Source: an uncultured delta proteobacterium (GTDB lineage Bacteria > Desulfobacterota > Desulfobacteria > Desulfobacterales > SG8-13). Taken from it: 64,000 nt of DNA. Positions 37,450 to 47,124 of the stretch are shown here, in pieces. The stretch is taken from contig CAWKCK010000018.1 of the NCBI GenBank assembly GCA_963848135.1, forward strand, positions 324,938-388,937, read 5' to 3'. The notes under the pieces are model-generated. The model was given only the letters and a program-made list of their open reading frames with translations, was not told the DNA's origin and searched no databases. Made by a program: the position numbers and the translations under genes. The stretch's first letter is position 1, and each line of letters starts with the position of its first letter.

Positions 37450-39234
37450 TTAGTTCTGATCAAGTATCTCCCGCAATTTCAACGAAAGTTCGCGCAGTTT
37501 GAAGGGCTTTTGGATGAAACCGTTGCAGCCGCGATCGAGGATTTCCGTGGCCTGGCCACTGAGACTGTAGCCGCTGCAGAGAAGAACGCTGATGCCGGGA
37601 TTGATTTTTCTCAACCGGTCGAAGGTCTCCCCCCCGCTAAGGCCCGGCATGACCAGGTCGAGTATGACCAGGTCGATGCCATTCCAGCGTTCTTGAAATA
37701 TATGCAACGCCTCATGTCCGTTGGTGGCGACAATGACTTTGTACCCGAGGGCCCTGAGGATCTCCTGGCCGACTTCGATGATCATATGTTCGTCATCAAC
37801 CAGAAGAACAGTCTCATTGCCCCTGAAAAGCGCTGATTGGTTCTCCCCTTCCTCAACGACCACTTTTTCCGACGCCGGCAGATATACACGGAAAGTGGCG
37901 CCCTCACCCGAGGCGCTGTCCACTTCGATAAAGCCACCATGATTCTTGACAATCCCGTACGCCGATGCCAAGCCCAGGCCGGTACCCCGGCCCATCTCCT
38001 TGGTCGTGAAGAAAGGTTCGAAAATACGCTGCTGGGTCGCCAGGTCCATGCCCACACCGGTGTCGGTAATCGATATGCACACGTAAGGCCCCGGTACGAC
38101 GCGATAAGGCCGAATGCCCTTCCCGTCGATATCGACGTTTTCGGTCCTTAAAAAAAGTTCGCCGCCACCGGGCATGGCATGCCATGCATTCACGAATATG
38201 TTCAAAATAACCTGGTCGATCTGGGCTTGATCGACTTCAACCGACCGGACTTTTTTAAGCGCCGTGCTGTGTATCTGGATTTCTTTTTTCGTCCGGCCGA
38301 ACATGCGGGCCGTTTTGAGTAAGAGATCATTGGGGTCGGTCACCTTGACTTCGTATCTACCGCCCCGGGCAAACCCCAACAGTTGTTTTGTCAGGGCCGC
38401 ACCACCCTCAACATAGCGCTCGATCGTTTTGACTTTCTCGAAATGGGGATGATCTTCTTCCATATTCAAAAGCATGAGAGACGCATTGCCCTGCATGCCC
38501 ATTAAAATGTTGTTGAAGTCATGGGCAATACCGCCGGCCAAATTACCGATGGCTTCCATTTTCTGGGCCTGCATCAACTGCTTTTCCAGTTTCCTTTTCT
38601 CGGCATCAGACTTTATTTTCTCGGATATATCCCGAATCATACCCCGCAGGCCGATCGGCTGTCCGGCCTCATCCTTCATCAGATAAATGGACATCTCGAC
38701 GGTCACGACAGCGCCGTCCCGGCGCTTTACCCTGAAATCCGACAACCTGTCTGATTTACCCGTACGGCGCACACGGTCCGTGATGCGATTCATCCTTTCT
38801 CCATCCGCCGGATCCGTGCAAATGGTATTGTTCTTGCCGATAAGTTCCCCAGAGCTATAACCCAGAATGCTGCTTACCGAATTGTTGACGAAAGTAAAGT
38901 GCCCTTCGAGATCCATTTCGAAGAAACCTTCATCGATGTTCTCGACGATTAAACGATACTTCTCGTCCTGCTCCCGCAGTTTTTCGTATGCCTTTTTTCG
39001 TTTCTGATTGTCCTGCTGCACATGCGACACGAAAATGACGAAAATGCACAAAACCAATAACCGCGTCCAGACTTCAAAAAGATCAGGCCCTAAAAGATGA
39101 TGAAAAAGGTTGGCTTCGGGTGCCAGGAAAAAAAACATGAAGGATTCACACACCCAGTAAAGGGCGGCCAGCCCAACACCGGTAACGATAATCGAGTCCT
39201 TCCAACGGGTTTGTGTTTTTGAGGTTCCGGGCAT
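37450..39234 (-). CDS. PAS hybrid sensor histidine kinase/response regulator
   Basis: 2 TM, PAS, AGGIAHDFNN, FFTTK, GTGLGL, REC; clear paralog of 7756-9750. Confidence 0.93.
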   Translation of the reverse strand: MPGTSKTQTRWKDSIIVTGVGLAALYWVCESFMFFFLAPEANLFHHLLGPDLFEVWTRLLVLCIFVIFVSHVQQDNQKRKKAYEKLREQDEKYRLIVENIDEGFFEMDLEGHFTFVNNSVSSILGYSSGELIGKNNTICTDPADGERMNRITDRVRRTGKSDRLSDFRVKRRDGAVVTVEMSIYLMKDEAGQPIGLRGMIRDISEKIKSDAEKRKLEKQLMQAQKMEAIGNLAGGIAHDFNNILMGMQGNASLMLLNMEEDHPHFEKVKTIERYVEGGAALTKQLLGFARGGRYEVKVTDPNDLLLKTARMFGRTKKEIQIHSTALKKVRSVEVDQAQIDQVILNIFVNAWHAMPGGGELFLRTENVDIDGKGIRPYRVVPGPYVCISITDTGVGMDLATQQRIFEPFFTTKEMGRGTGLGLASAYGIVKNHGGFIEVDSASGEGATFRVYLPASEKVVVEEGENQSALFRGNETVLLVDDEHMIIEVGQEILRALGYKVIVATNGHEALHIFQERWNGIDLVILDLVMPGLSGGETFDRLRKINPGISVLLCSGYSLSGQATEILDRGCNGFIQKPFKLRELSLKLREILDQN

Positions 39235-39282
39235 CAGTGAGTTTCCAGCATCATCTGCAATGCCTTCATGGTTAAATGGGAC

Positions 39283-39440
39283 TTAGTTGTTCACAGGGTT
39301 GCAACGTCCAATGTACATCAAGTCACCTATTTGTAAGCATTTACAGGGTGCAGCAGATGCAAGGCGTCGGGCACGCAGACGTACTTTTGTCCTTCAAGTG
39401 TCCGGCAACAAAGCAGATGCGGTGCCCTGTGAATGCTTAC
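39283..39440 (-). repeat. Family A repeat copy 3 (inverted)
   Basis: Reverse complement of 28870-29027 with scattered substitutions. Confidence 0.9.
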
Positions 39441-39751
39441 AATGGGACTCATAATATTTCTGGCCAGAGACACAAGTTATATATTATTTTAAGGGTAATA
39501 TCGGGCCCAAGGTATGCGTCCCACGACAAGAATACCCCCTTTTTACCGGATGACAGAACCGTCTGTCTAAATTTTACCGCAAAATTAGATTTTAGTAAAG
39601 AATTAAAGGTGTTAAAATTAAGAAGGTCGAATCGAATGGATGTTTCAGCGGAAAGTTGAGGTCTGCTTGGTCTACTCAGACACCCAAGTGACCACGATAT
39701 TGTGACCACCGGGAGTTTTTTTTAATGTTAGATGACTCGCAGAGGGGTTAG

Positions 39752-40153
39752 ATGAAAAAGAAAGGGCTTCTGGTTATCGGCATCTGCGTTATCATTGGCG
39801 GCTCAGTTATTGGGTTTTCCTATCGGCATAAGGTCCCTCAGCCAGCGGGAAAACTTAATAAGACTGATCGGCTGACAGATGAACTGAGTCAATGGATGGA
39901 TGAAAGGGGTAAGTCGAAGCTGCTGGAGGATATAGAAGCCGAGAAATTAAGGACAAAGGCTTTTCTCCTGGCACTGGATCACTATCGGTATGTTATCAAA
40001 TCTGATTCCTCCATCGAAGAAGCCAAACAGTACGCTAGTTCCCACTGGAATGAATACGTAAACCGGCGCGACGAAAAGGAGATTGCTGATAAAGTTCAGT
40101 TTGAAAAGGATATTAGGAAAGCAGAGCGGGACGAAAAGTTGAAAAAAAAGTAA
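39752..40153 (+). CDS. Hypothetical protein with N-terminal membrane anchor
   Basis: GAGGGG RBS, N-terminal TM, charged helical body. Confidence 0.65.
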   Translation: MKKKGLLVIGICVIIGGSVIGFSYRHKVPQPAGKLNKTDRLTDELSQWMDERGKSKLLEDIEAEKLRTKAFLLALDHYRYVIKSDSSIEEAKQYASSHWNEYVNRRDEKEIADKVQFEKDIRKAERDEKLKKK

Positions 40154-40190
40154 TGGACGGACACTGGTTAAGAACTGCAAACTTAACGCT

Positions 40191-40214
40191 GGCTCCATCG
40201 ATAGGGCCTTTTTT
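40191..40214 (+). terminator. Probable intrinsic terminator
   Basis: GGCTC...GGGCC stem followed by a T-tract, after the 40153 stop. Confidence 0.45.
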
Positions 40215-40442
40215 GTTTTGCTTTTCAAACCAATCTGACGCCGCCAATGAGCCACCCTTCTGGATAGATTTTTCTTGCAATTCCAGCCGGTCTCTGACAA
40301 ATATCAGACGATAAAAATACGTTTTTTAAAGGTCTTTATGTTGGATTATGGGGGAAGTTCGCATAAATTAATCAATCAGATTCTCACGCAATAAAAAAGA
40401 AAATCTCGTAATTATCAATATAAGGCGAAAGGAGAATTTAAA

Positions 40443-40655
40443 ATGAAACGGATGAAAACGACCGTCGTACTCGTGCTTTTGCTTTTTTGCGCGAGCTTTA
40501 TAAGCTGCGGCGGGGGTGCAAAGGTTCAATCTGAAATAACCACAACGTCTCTGGGGCAGGAGTTGACGGATCTGGAAAAAGCCTACAAAGCCGGTGTGAT
40601 CAATAAGACGGAATACGATAGAGCCAAGAAAGGTCTCATGAAGCGATACAAGTAA
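40443..40655 (+). CDS. Small lipoprotein with SHOCT-like domain
   Basis: AAGGAG RBS, lipobox FISC-GGG, LGQELTDLEKAYKAGVINKTEYDRAKKGLM. Confidence 0.85.
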   Translation: MKRMKTTVVLVLLLFCASFISCGGGAKVQSEITTTSLGQELTDLEKAYKAGVINKTEYDRAKKGLMKRYK

Positions 40656-40688
40656 TACTTGGATCTTGCGTGAATATTAAAAGGAGAT

Positions 40689-40910
40689 ATGGAAATGAAA
40701 CGATTGGGAATTACTGTGATGATTGTATTCTTTATGGTTGGCGGCGGTCTCATTGGTTGCGGGGGCGGTGGCGCAAGTGTAAAAACCACGACAACCACGG
40801 TCACGCTGGGGCAACAGCTTATGGACCTTGACCAGGCATTTAAAACAGGCGCGCTTGACGAGAAGCAATTCAAAAAGGCCAAAAAGGACCTGTTGGACAA
40901 ATACAAATAA
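40689..40910 (+). CDS. Small lipoprotein with SHOCT-like domain (tandem paralog)
   Basis: AAGGAG RBS, LIGC-GGGG, LGQQLMDLDQAFKTGALDEKQFKKAKKDLL. Confidence 0.85.
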   Translation: MEMKRLGITVMIVFFMVGGGLIGCGGGGASVKTTTTTVTLGQQLMDLDQAFKTGALDEKQFKKAKKDLLDKYK

Positions 40911-41056
40911 AACGCCTGGCCGGAAAATATAGTGGAATCATGTCGGGGTTGGATATGAATGCCCTCTCGTATCGATCATATAGTCCGATCTCTCTTCCTC
41001 CATCGTAGGAAATCGAGAAAACCGTGCCGGTGGGGTTGATTTCGGTTCCAAAAAGA

Positions 41057-41082
41057 AAGAGGTTGCAGGTTTGCAACCTCTT
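41057..41082 (-). terminator. Terminator hairpin downstream of tRNA-Leu
   Basis: AAGAGGTTGCA-4nt-TGCAACCTCTT, followed by TCTTTTT on the minus strand. Confidence 0.7.
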
Positions 41083-41091
41083 GATGGTTTT

Positions 41092-41178
41092 TGGTGCCGG
41101 AGGGGAGAATCGAACTCCCATGACCAAAAGGTCGGAGGATTTTGAGTCCTCTGCGTCTACCAGTTTCACCACTCCGGC
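41092..41178 (-). tRNA. tRNA-Leu (CAA)
   Basis: GCCGGAGTGGTGAAACTGGTAGACGCAGAGGACT-CAA-AATCCTC...GTTCGATTC...CCGGCACCA; 87 nt with long variable arm. Confidence 0.97.
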
Positions 41179-41296
41179 AAAACGTATCCCTTAAACCTTA
41201 AGTATATCCGGTTCAGGGAAGCATTTTGGTTCTCATTTACAGAAATCGAGTCCATTCGTCAATAAGAAATGGTCATTTACGCACGGCACGATCGTT

Positions 41297-41938
41297 TCAG
41301 CTCAAAGCGGCCAGAATTTCCTGCCGCGATATCGCCCCTTCGCGGACAATGACCGGACGGTGGCCGGTGACATCGACAACCGTTGACCCCCGTCCTCCGC
41401 TCAATGGACCGGCATCAAGTATCATATCCAGCTGCGCAGCCACCCGCCGGTCAAGGTCTTCGATCCGATAGCAGCCCGGGTGGCCTGAAATGTTGGCGCT
41501 GGTGCCGGTAATCGGCTTGCCGAACATCGCACCCAGGGTTCTTGCCACCGGGTGTCCGGATACGCGCACACCGATCCGTCCCGATCCGGCAATAAGATTA
41601 TCGGGTAGTCTCGAAAGCGCTTTGAGTATAATCGTGACCCTACCCGGCCAGAACCGATCCATCAGCGTCAATGCCGCTGAGGGTACCTCCGCGGCCACTT
41701 CCCAAACAGCGTCTCGATTGGGAACCAGGACCAGAAGAGGATTGCCCGGAGCACGCTGTTTGATGGTAAATACCCTGTCGACGGCCACCTTGTTGAATGC
41801 ATCTGTGCCCAATCCATAAAGGCCTTGGGTCGGAAAAGCAATGACCCCGCCGCGATCGAGGATGGCAACGGCCGCGGCCATCTGCACCGGCAGCGGGTTC
41901 CGGGGATCGATCGGTTCGATATTACTGGTAATTTTCAA
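41297..41938 (-). CDS. tsaC: L-threonylcarbamoyladenylate synthase (TsaC/Sua5/YrdC)
   Basis: GGVIAFPTQGLYGLG, IKQR, FWPG, GTSANISG, STVVD. Start set at TTG 41938 overlapping the purE stop; the ORF-track extension to 42274 overlaps purE. Confidence 0.88.
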   Translation of the reverse strand: MKITSNIEPIDPRNPLPVQMAAAVAILDRGGVIAFPTQGLYGLGTDAFNKVAVDRVFTIKQRAPGNPLLVLVPNRDAVWEVAAEVPSAALTLMDRFWPGRVTIILKALSRLPDNLIAGSGRIGVRVSGHPVARTLGAMFGKPITGTSANISGHPGCYRIEDLDRRVAAQLDMILDAGPLSGGRGSTVVDVTGHRPVIVREGAISRQEILAALS

Positions 41939-42455
41939 GCTTTTTTGCTTTTTCATCGACCTTGGCAGCCATCTCAGCCTTATAGGCAGCGAGTTTGTCG
42001 GCCAGGCTCTGGTCACTGACCGCAAGGATCTGAACCGCGAGTATTCCGGCATTGGTGGCGCCTGGTTTGCCGACGGCGACAGTGGCAACCGGAATTCCCG
42101 GAGGCATCTGAACCGTTGACAGCAGGGCATCCAAACCCTGAAATGCCGAGGAATCGATCGGTACGCCAATGACCGGAAGTGTCGTCTGCGCGGCCATGGC
42201 CCCGGCGAGATGTGCGGCGTGACCGGCACCGGCAACAATGACTTTGATCCCGCGATCTTTGGCCTTAGAGGCAAATTCTGCCGCCCGCAAGGGCGTCCGA
42301 TGGGCCGACGCTACCGTGATCTCGAAAGGCACGCCAAACTTGCGCAGGATCGACACCGTTGCTTCCATAACCCCCAGGTCCGAATCACTGCCCATGACGA
42401 TCCCCACCTGCGGTAGCCGTTCGTTACCGATTGATCCACTTCCTCCTGAGCTCAA
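41922..42455 (-). CDS. purE: N5-carboxyaminoimidazole ribonucleotide mutase
   Basis: VGIVMGSDSD, SAHRTP, AGAGHAAHLAG, PVIGVP, QMPPGIPVATV. Confidence 0.97.
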   Translation of the reverse strand: MSSGGSGSIGNERLPQVGIVMGSDSDLGVMEATVSILRKFGVPFEITVASAHRTPLRAAEFASKAKDRGIKVIVAGAGHAAHLAGAMAAQTTLPVIGVPIDSSAFQGLDALLSTVQMPPGIPVATVAVGKPGATNAGILAVQILAVSDQSLADKLAAYKAEMAAKVDEKAKKLENYQ

Positions 42456-42542
42456 GGCCGCCTCCTTCTCGTTTTTGATTTAATACGGATAGGTCACTTG
42501 TGTAATATGGCATGACCGGATAGAACTGCTTCGAGCCGATAG

Positions 42543-43301
42543 TCAATCACACGCGACAATGGATTGTGCGATTTGTTCAAGCAACTCTTTTTTTCTCTTC
42601 TCCAACTCTTGGCGTCCTACCAGAGCGCCCTTTATACCACCGTCAAGGGCGATCTCAGAGAGATAGAAACTTCCGTCTTCAAGCACCAACAAATCCAGGT
42701 GGGCATACGGAAACCGTGCGCGCCGCATGATATCCCCACACAATTTCAATTGTTCGCTGTCGGGTTGGTGCGGACGGCTGCTGCCGCCAACGGCTAAATT
42801 CATTCGAAAGTTGACGTTGTTGCGCCGGACGTAGGCCTCGACATAATCTCCGACCACGATAAACCGCAAATCTGAAAACTCCTGCTGGTAGGGCTGAAGA
42901 ACGAAAGGGAAAGAAGATTTATTGAAAGCGACGGTATTATAGAGGGTTTCGATACTCTCCCAACGACGAATGCCATGGCCGCAATGCATCCGGTCTTCTT
43001 TGGTGATCACCGACCCGATACCCTTTCTTTGATATGCGCCCATGGCTTCGAATAAATCCGCCCGGCGACGTATCACGCGGGTCTGCGGCAGCATCCATTG
43101 CGCCAGCAGCGTGGATTGGGCCGCCTTTGATCCATTGAGTGTTTGCGCCAAGGGTGCGGGAAGGCAATGCACGCCTCTTTCGAGAAGGTCGATCAAAAGG
43201 GTGTGTCTCAGATGACCGGTGGGGATTCTACCGATGAAAACATCTCCAGGATTCAACTGGCTGTAAAGCTGCAAGAGCTTCGTGGCACCCCTTATGATCA
43301 T
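42543..43301 (-). CDS. RimK-like ATP-grasp protein
   Basis: VLQPY, DLRFIVVG, FRMNLAVGG, AHLDLL, YLSE. Confidence 0.75.
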   Translation of the reverse strand: MIIRGATKLLQLYSQLNPGDVFIGRIPTGHLRHTLLIDLLERGVHCLPAPLAQTLNGSKAAQSTLLAQWMLPQTRVIRRRADLFEAMGAYQRKGIGSVITKEDRMHCGHGIRRWESIETLYNTVAFNKSSFPFVLQPYQQEFSDLRFIVVGDYVEAYVRRNNVNFRMNLAVGGSSRPHQPDSEQLKLCGDIMRRARFPYAHLDLLVLEDGSFYLSEIALDGGIKGALVGRQELEKRKKELLEQIAQSIVACD

Positions 43302-43305
43302 AGCG

Positions 43306-44265
43306 TCAGCGACCGGTTTTGTGATCTTCCAGGCTCAGCTCGATCAGGCGATCCATCAATTGCCCAAAAGGGAGACCGGCGGCGGCAGCGGCCTGGGGGA
43401 AAAGGCTGGTGGCGGTCATTCCAGGTATTGTGTTCGTCTCGAGCACAAAAAGATCGCGGCCTTTGAGCATCATATCCGTTCGACTATAGCCACGGCAACC
43501 GAGGACTTCGTGAGCCATTACGGCATAGGACTGGGCTTTACTGGTCAACTGTTCGTCGATGCGAGCAGGACAGATTTCCTTGGTGACACCGGGGGTATAT
43601 TTTGCCTCGTAGTCAAAAAATTCGTGACTCTTGTCGGGTATAATTTCGATTAACGGTAGTGCGTCGGGATTATCATTTCCGAGAACGCCGCCCGTAACCT
43701 CAACACCGTCGATATATGCCTCAATCATGACCTCTCTGTCATAGGCAAAGGCTTTTTGGATCGCCTCTTCAAGGTCATCTTCGTTTCGAACGATCGACAT
43801 GCCAACACTCGAACCGCATTGCACCGGTTTAATCACTACCGGTAGTCCCAACCGCGCGGCAATATCACCGGTATTGAATGAATCATTGGTTTTGATGACG
43901 ATATACGGAAGGATAGGCAAACCGGCCTTTTCGTATAACTGCTTCGAAACCACCTTGTTCATGGCAATCGCACTGCCCATCACGCCGGATCCCTGGTAGG
44001 GGATGCCAAGCAGGTCAAGCATCCCCTGAACCGTACCATCTTCTCCGTAGGGCCCATGAAGGATTATCAGGGCAGCGTCAATCTTATGAGCATCGGCAAC
44101 AAGACGCGCCAGATCGGTTTTTGGATCGTAACGGCGCACGTCGTATTTTTCCTTATCGAGTGCTTCGTACACCTGGTTGCCGCTGTTCAGAGATACTTCT
44201 CTTTCCGACGATATGCCGCCGGACAGCAGGGCCACGGTCAACTTTTTCATGGATTTTCCCTCCAT
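43306..44265 (-). CDS. ddl: D-alanine--D-alanine ligase
   Basis: GGISSEREVSL, LHGPYGEDG, GSSVG, FDYEAKY, ETNTIPGMT. Confidence 0.96.
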   Translation of the reverse strand: MEGKSMKKLTVALLSGGISSEREVSLNSGNQVYEALDKEKYDVRRYDPKTDLARLVADAHKIDAALIILHGPYGEDGTVQGMLDLLGIPYQGSGVMGSAIAMNKVVSKQLYEKAGLPILPYIVIKTNDSFNTGDIAARLGLPVVIKPVQCGSSVGMSIVRNEDDLEEAIQKAFAYDREVMIEAYIDGVEVTGGVLGNDNPDALPLIEIIPDKSHEFFDYEAKYTPGVTKEICPARIDEQLTSKAQSYAVMAHEVLGCRGYSRTDMMLKGRDLFVLETNTIPGMTATSLFPQAAAAAGLPFGQLMDRLIELSLEDHKTGR

Positions 44266-44287
44266 TCAGCCATTACCTGAAAAGATT

Positions 44288-44704
44288 TCATGAACGTTTT
44301 GAACTCGTCCTCCTATTCGCCGTCTCGAGTCGATCGATCAGCTTGTCGGCATAGTGCTGGGGAACATCGAACTCAATCGATCCGGTGCGCATATTGTTCA
44401 GCTTCATGATGAGAAAATTGAGTTTTTTGATGGTTTGGTATTTCTCTGCTTCATCGATCATACCCTGCAGTAGGTCTTCAGTCCGGCGGATTTCTTTCTT
44501 GAGTTCGATCTCCGGCGGAATCATATCGGCATTTTTCAAAATTTTGTAGGCCAATCGCAGATCCTCCGGGATGTGGGCGTCATCGCTCAGATCCAACGGT
44601 TTACCGGATCCGGGGAGTTTTTCAAAATCTCCCCGCAGCTGGGCGCTGCGGATTCTTTCTTCCACTATCCTATCGAATCCCGGAAACATCCGTTTCCTCC
44701 CCAT
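44288..44704 (-). CDS. DUF1992 (YhdN-like) protein
   Basis: EERIRSAQLRGDFEKLPGSGKPL...LRLAYKILKNADMIPPEIEL. Confidence 0.85.
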   Translation of the reverse strand: MGRKRMFPGFDRIVEERIRSAQLRGDFEKLPGSGKPLDLSDDAHIPEDLRLAYKILKNADMIPPEIELKKEIRRTEDLLQGMIDEAEKYQTIKKLNFLIMKLNNMRTGSIEFDVPQHYADKLIDRLETANRRTSSKRS

Positions 44705-45213
44705 CTATTGGCGCAATTTTATGCTCATTCAATGACCGCCGTTAAGGCCGAAGAATGGCCTGAAAACTGCTCAAGGTGGTCCTTTTAGTGGTTGTCAAAA
44801 AAACGTGCCGTTATTCGAACGTTTTCCTCTACAACCACTTATACCACCATTTTATATTTCGAGAATAATTTTCGATAAGCGGTATAAAATTATTATTTCA
44901 GTCAACCAACCGGTCATTGAATTAAAAAAAACCATCGCCTCAGGATGTCAGGAACTCCTGGAAATGGCAAACGTTGGGAGTCTCCACAGAAAAGCTGGAG
45001 GAGTAGCGATGATTATTATATTTTATAGTACAAACCGCCTATGGTTTTCAAGGATGAATCGTTAGTTCCGGTTTGCCCGGCGCACCGAACCGATACTTTA
45101 TCATGGCTGAATCGTTCCCGTTTTCGCGGTTTTCAATAAAATTAATAATTTGACCCTAAGCGCTTCGATCTGATACACGGTACAACCAAAACCGACCCGA
45201 AAGGACTTGGCAC

Positions 45214-46719
45214 ATGAAAAAGATTGCCTTCGCCGGCACAGACGGACGAACGGTATTGTCGGCCCTTATCGTTTCCACCGCCATAAGCGAGTCGAACCCT
45301 AAAAAATATCAAGGACTTGTCGTACGGGGGACACCGGCTATGCCGGCATTCGCGGAAATGATGAATTGGCCGATTCGCTTTGTTCCGACAGTCAGCAACA
45401 CAGTCGATGACTATGCCGATAGTCTGATTCAGGCCATGCGCGATGATGAAATCGACTGTGTGGTTCCCATGCCGGAAGCGTTACTCTTCGACGGGTTGGT
45501 GGACAAGGTGGAAGCGGCGGGATTCGGTGACCGCATCATCGGCCTCAGCCAGGCCGGCGCTTTTATCGAAGGCGACAAGCTCAGGTGTAAAAAATTGTGC
45601 CGGGATGCCGGCATACCGGTCGCTCCCGAATGGTTCGAAGCCGATGCCCGCGATTACAAGGGTGTGCTAAAAATTTGCCTGAAACTGATGGACACTTATG
45701 GTGGTGCGGTTCTGAAATATCCATACAGTGCCGGCGGCAAGGGCGCCCGAATCATCCGCAACGCATGGCAGATCAGAGAGGTGTACGAGACTCTGATCCA
45801 TGACTACAAAGAACCCTACCGGGCTCAGTTCGGCAAAAGAGGTCCCTGGCCGCTTCTCATCGAGTCCCTGATGTCCGGAGCGGAGATCAGCTTCACCATG
45901 CTCGTGGATGCCAAGGGTGATTTCCAGATTCTGCCCACCGCCATGGATTACCCGGAACGCTTCGAAGGCCCGGCGGGCAAGGACAACCCCATTACAGGCG
46001 GTGTCGGGGCCATCTCGCCCCACCCCATGGAATCCCTCCAATTGATCGAAATGGCTGGGAAGGTCATCGCCAGGCCGTTAATCGAAGCCCTGAAAGCAGA
46101 GAACATCCTGCGCGCCTGCATTCTCTACCCAGGATGTTTCGTTTCTCTGGACCAGGACATGAAACCAACTCGGATCCGGGTGTCCGAAATCAACATCCGG
46201 CCCGGCGAGCCCGAGGCCCAGCCGGTCGCCCGGCGGATCCGCAACCTCGGCGCTTTGATAGAGGCCACCGCCGAAGGCCGCCTCAAAGATGTCTGCCCGG
46301 AAGTTCGCGATGACCAGTTGGCACTCTGCATCGCCCTTGTCACCGGTCCCGGTGGACCTGACAATCAAAAAGGTTATCCCTGGTCCTGCACCAAAGGCGA
46401 ACCGTTAGAAATCGATTTCAAATATCTCAAACGCAAGGCCATACAGGTCATACCCTCGGCGATGACGGTAGCCGACGATGGCGATGTCTTCAAATCCGAC
46501 GGCACCCGGGTGGCCTATCTCAATGGAAATGTGACTTTAAAAGATAACGATAAACCGGGTCTTGTGGCGGAACGCCTGCGAAACAAACTGCTGGCCGCTT
46601 TCGACAACGGCAAAATACGGGTTGTCCCCCGCGAAAACCCGGACGGCAACCGGCTCGATCTGCGCCGCGATATCGGCCTGCATTACGGGCAAGCGGAAAA
46701 TATCTTTCCACGGAAATAG
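45214..46719 (+). CDS. purD: Divergent phosphoribosylamine--glycine ligase (PurD-like ATP-grasp)
   Basis: VPMPEALLFDGLVD, IEGDK, AGGKG, GAEIS, NPITGGVGAISP, EINIRPGEPE, RRDIG. Confidence 0.75.
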   Translation: MKKIAFAGTDGRTVLSALIVSTAISESNPKKYQGLVVRGTPAMPAFAEMMNWPIRFVPTVSNTVDDYADSLIQAMRDDEIDCVVPMPEALLFDGLVDKVEAAGFGDRIIGLSQAGAFIEGDKLRCKKLCRDAGIPVAPEWFEADARDYKGVLKICLKLMDTYGGAVLKYPYSAGGKGARIIRNAWQIREVYETLIHDYKEPYRAQFGKRGPWPLLIESLMSGAEISFTMLVDAKGDFQILPTAMDYPERFEGPAGKDNPITGGVGAISPHPMESLQLIEMAGKVIARPLIEALKAENILRACILYPGCFVSLDQDMKPTRIRVSEINIRPGEPEAQPVARRIRNLGALIEATAEGRLKDVCPEVRDDQLALCIALVTGPGGPDNQKGYPWSCTKGEPLEIDFKYLKRKAIQVIPSAMTVADDGDVFKSDGTRVAYLNGNVTLKDNDKPGLVAERLRNKLLAAFDNGKIRVVPRENPDGNRLDLRRDIGLHYGQAENIFPRK

Positions 46720-46720
46720 A

Positions 46721-46743
46721 TCAGCCCCCGGAACGGGGGCTGA
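46721..46743. terminator. Hairpin between convergent purD-like gene and tRNA-Met
   Basis: TCAGCCCCC-GGAAC-GGGGGCTGA. Confidence 0.65.
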
Positions 46744-46757
46744 ATTGACGCTGGAAT

Positions 46758-46834
46758 TGGTGGCGATGCAGGGATTTGAACCCCGGACACTGCGGATATG
46801 AGCCGCATGCTCTAACCGACTGAGCTACATCGCC
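46758..46834 (-). tRNA. tRNA-Met (CAT), elongator type
   Basis: GGCGATGTAGCTCAGTCGGTTAGAGCATGCGGCT-CAT-ATCCGCA...GGTTCAAATCC...CGCCACCA; the G1-C72 pair argues against initiator; Ile2 not fully excluded. Confidence 0.93.
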
Positions 46835-47040
46835 AGAATGAATTCAACCGAAATATAAATCATGATCGCTGATAATTAAACAGATAATCGGCGACTAAAT
46901 CACAAGAAGACAGCCGAATCCTCTACGCCATCGGCATCGGCTCTATTAGCAACTCCCCTCCCCTTAGTCAAGCGGAAAACCGTCGCACACCTCCTTAGCA
47001 GGGCACATCATCTGCCCGAAACATCAACAAAAGAATGCTA

Positions 47041-47083
47041 AATTCAAAAACCGGCACCCAAACAAAATGCCGGTTTTTGAATT
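47041..47083 (-). terminator. Intrinsic terminator-like inverted repeat
   Basis: AATTCAAAAACCGGCA...TGCCGGTTTTTGAATT, 16-bp perfect arms, downstream of the 47125 gene. Confidence 0.75.
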
Positions 47084-47124
47084 TAGTTTATATGTATCGG
47101 CAGCGACCGCTCTGCGAACCGCGT

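Noticed and set aside
40870..41172. 100-aa minus-strand ORF (and 46562-46801 on plus)
   Set aside because: They overlap tRNA genes and are spurious.
41939..42274. N-terminal extension of the tsaC ORF
   Set aside because: It overlaps purE in another frame; TsaC similarity starts near 41938.
41092..46834. Prophage or ICE integration at tRNA-Leu or tRNA-Met
   Set aside because: No integrase and no duplicated tRNA 3' end found in the window.
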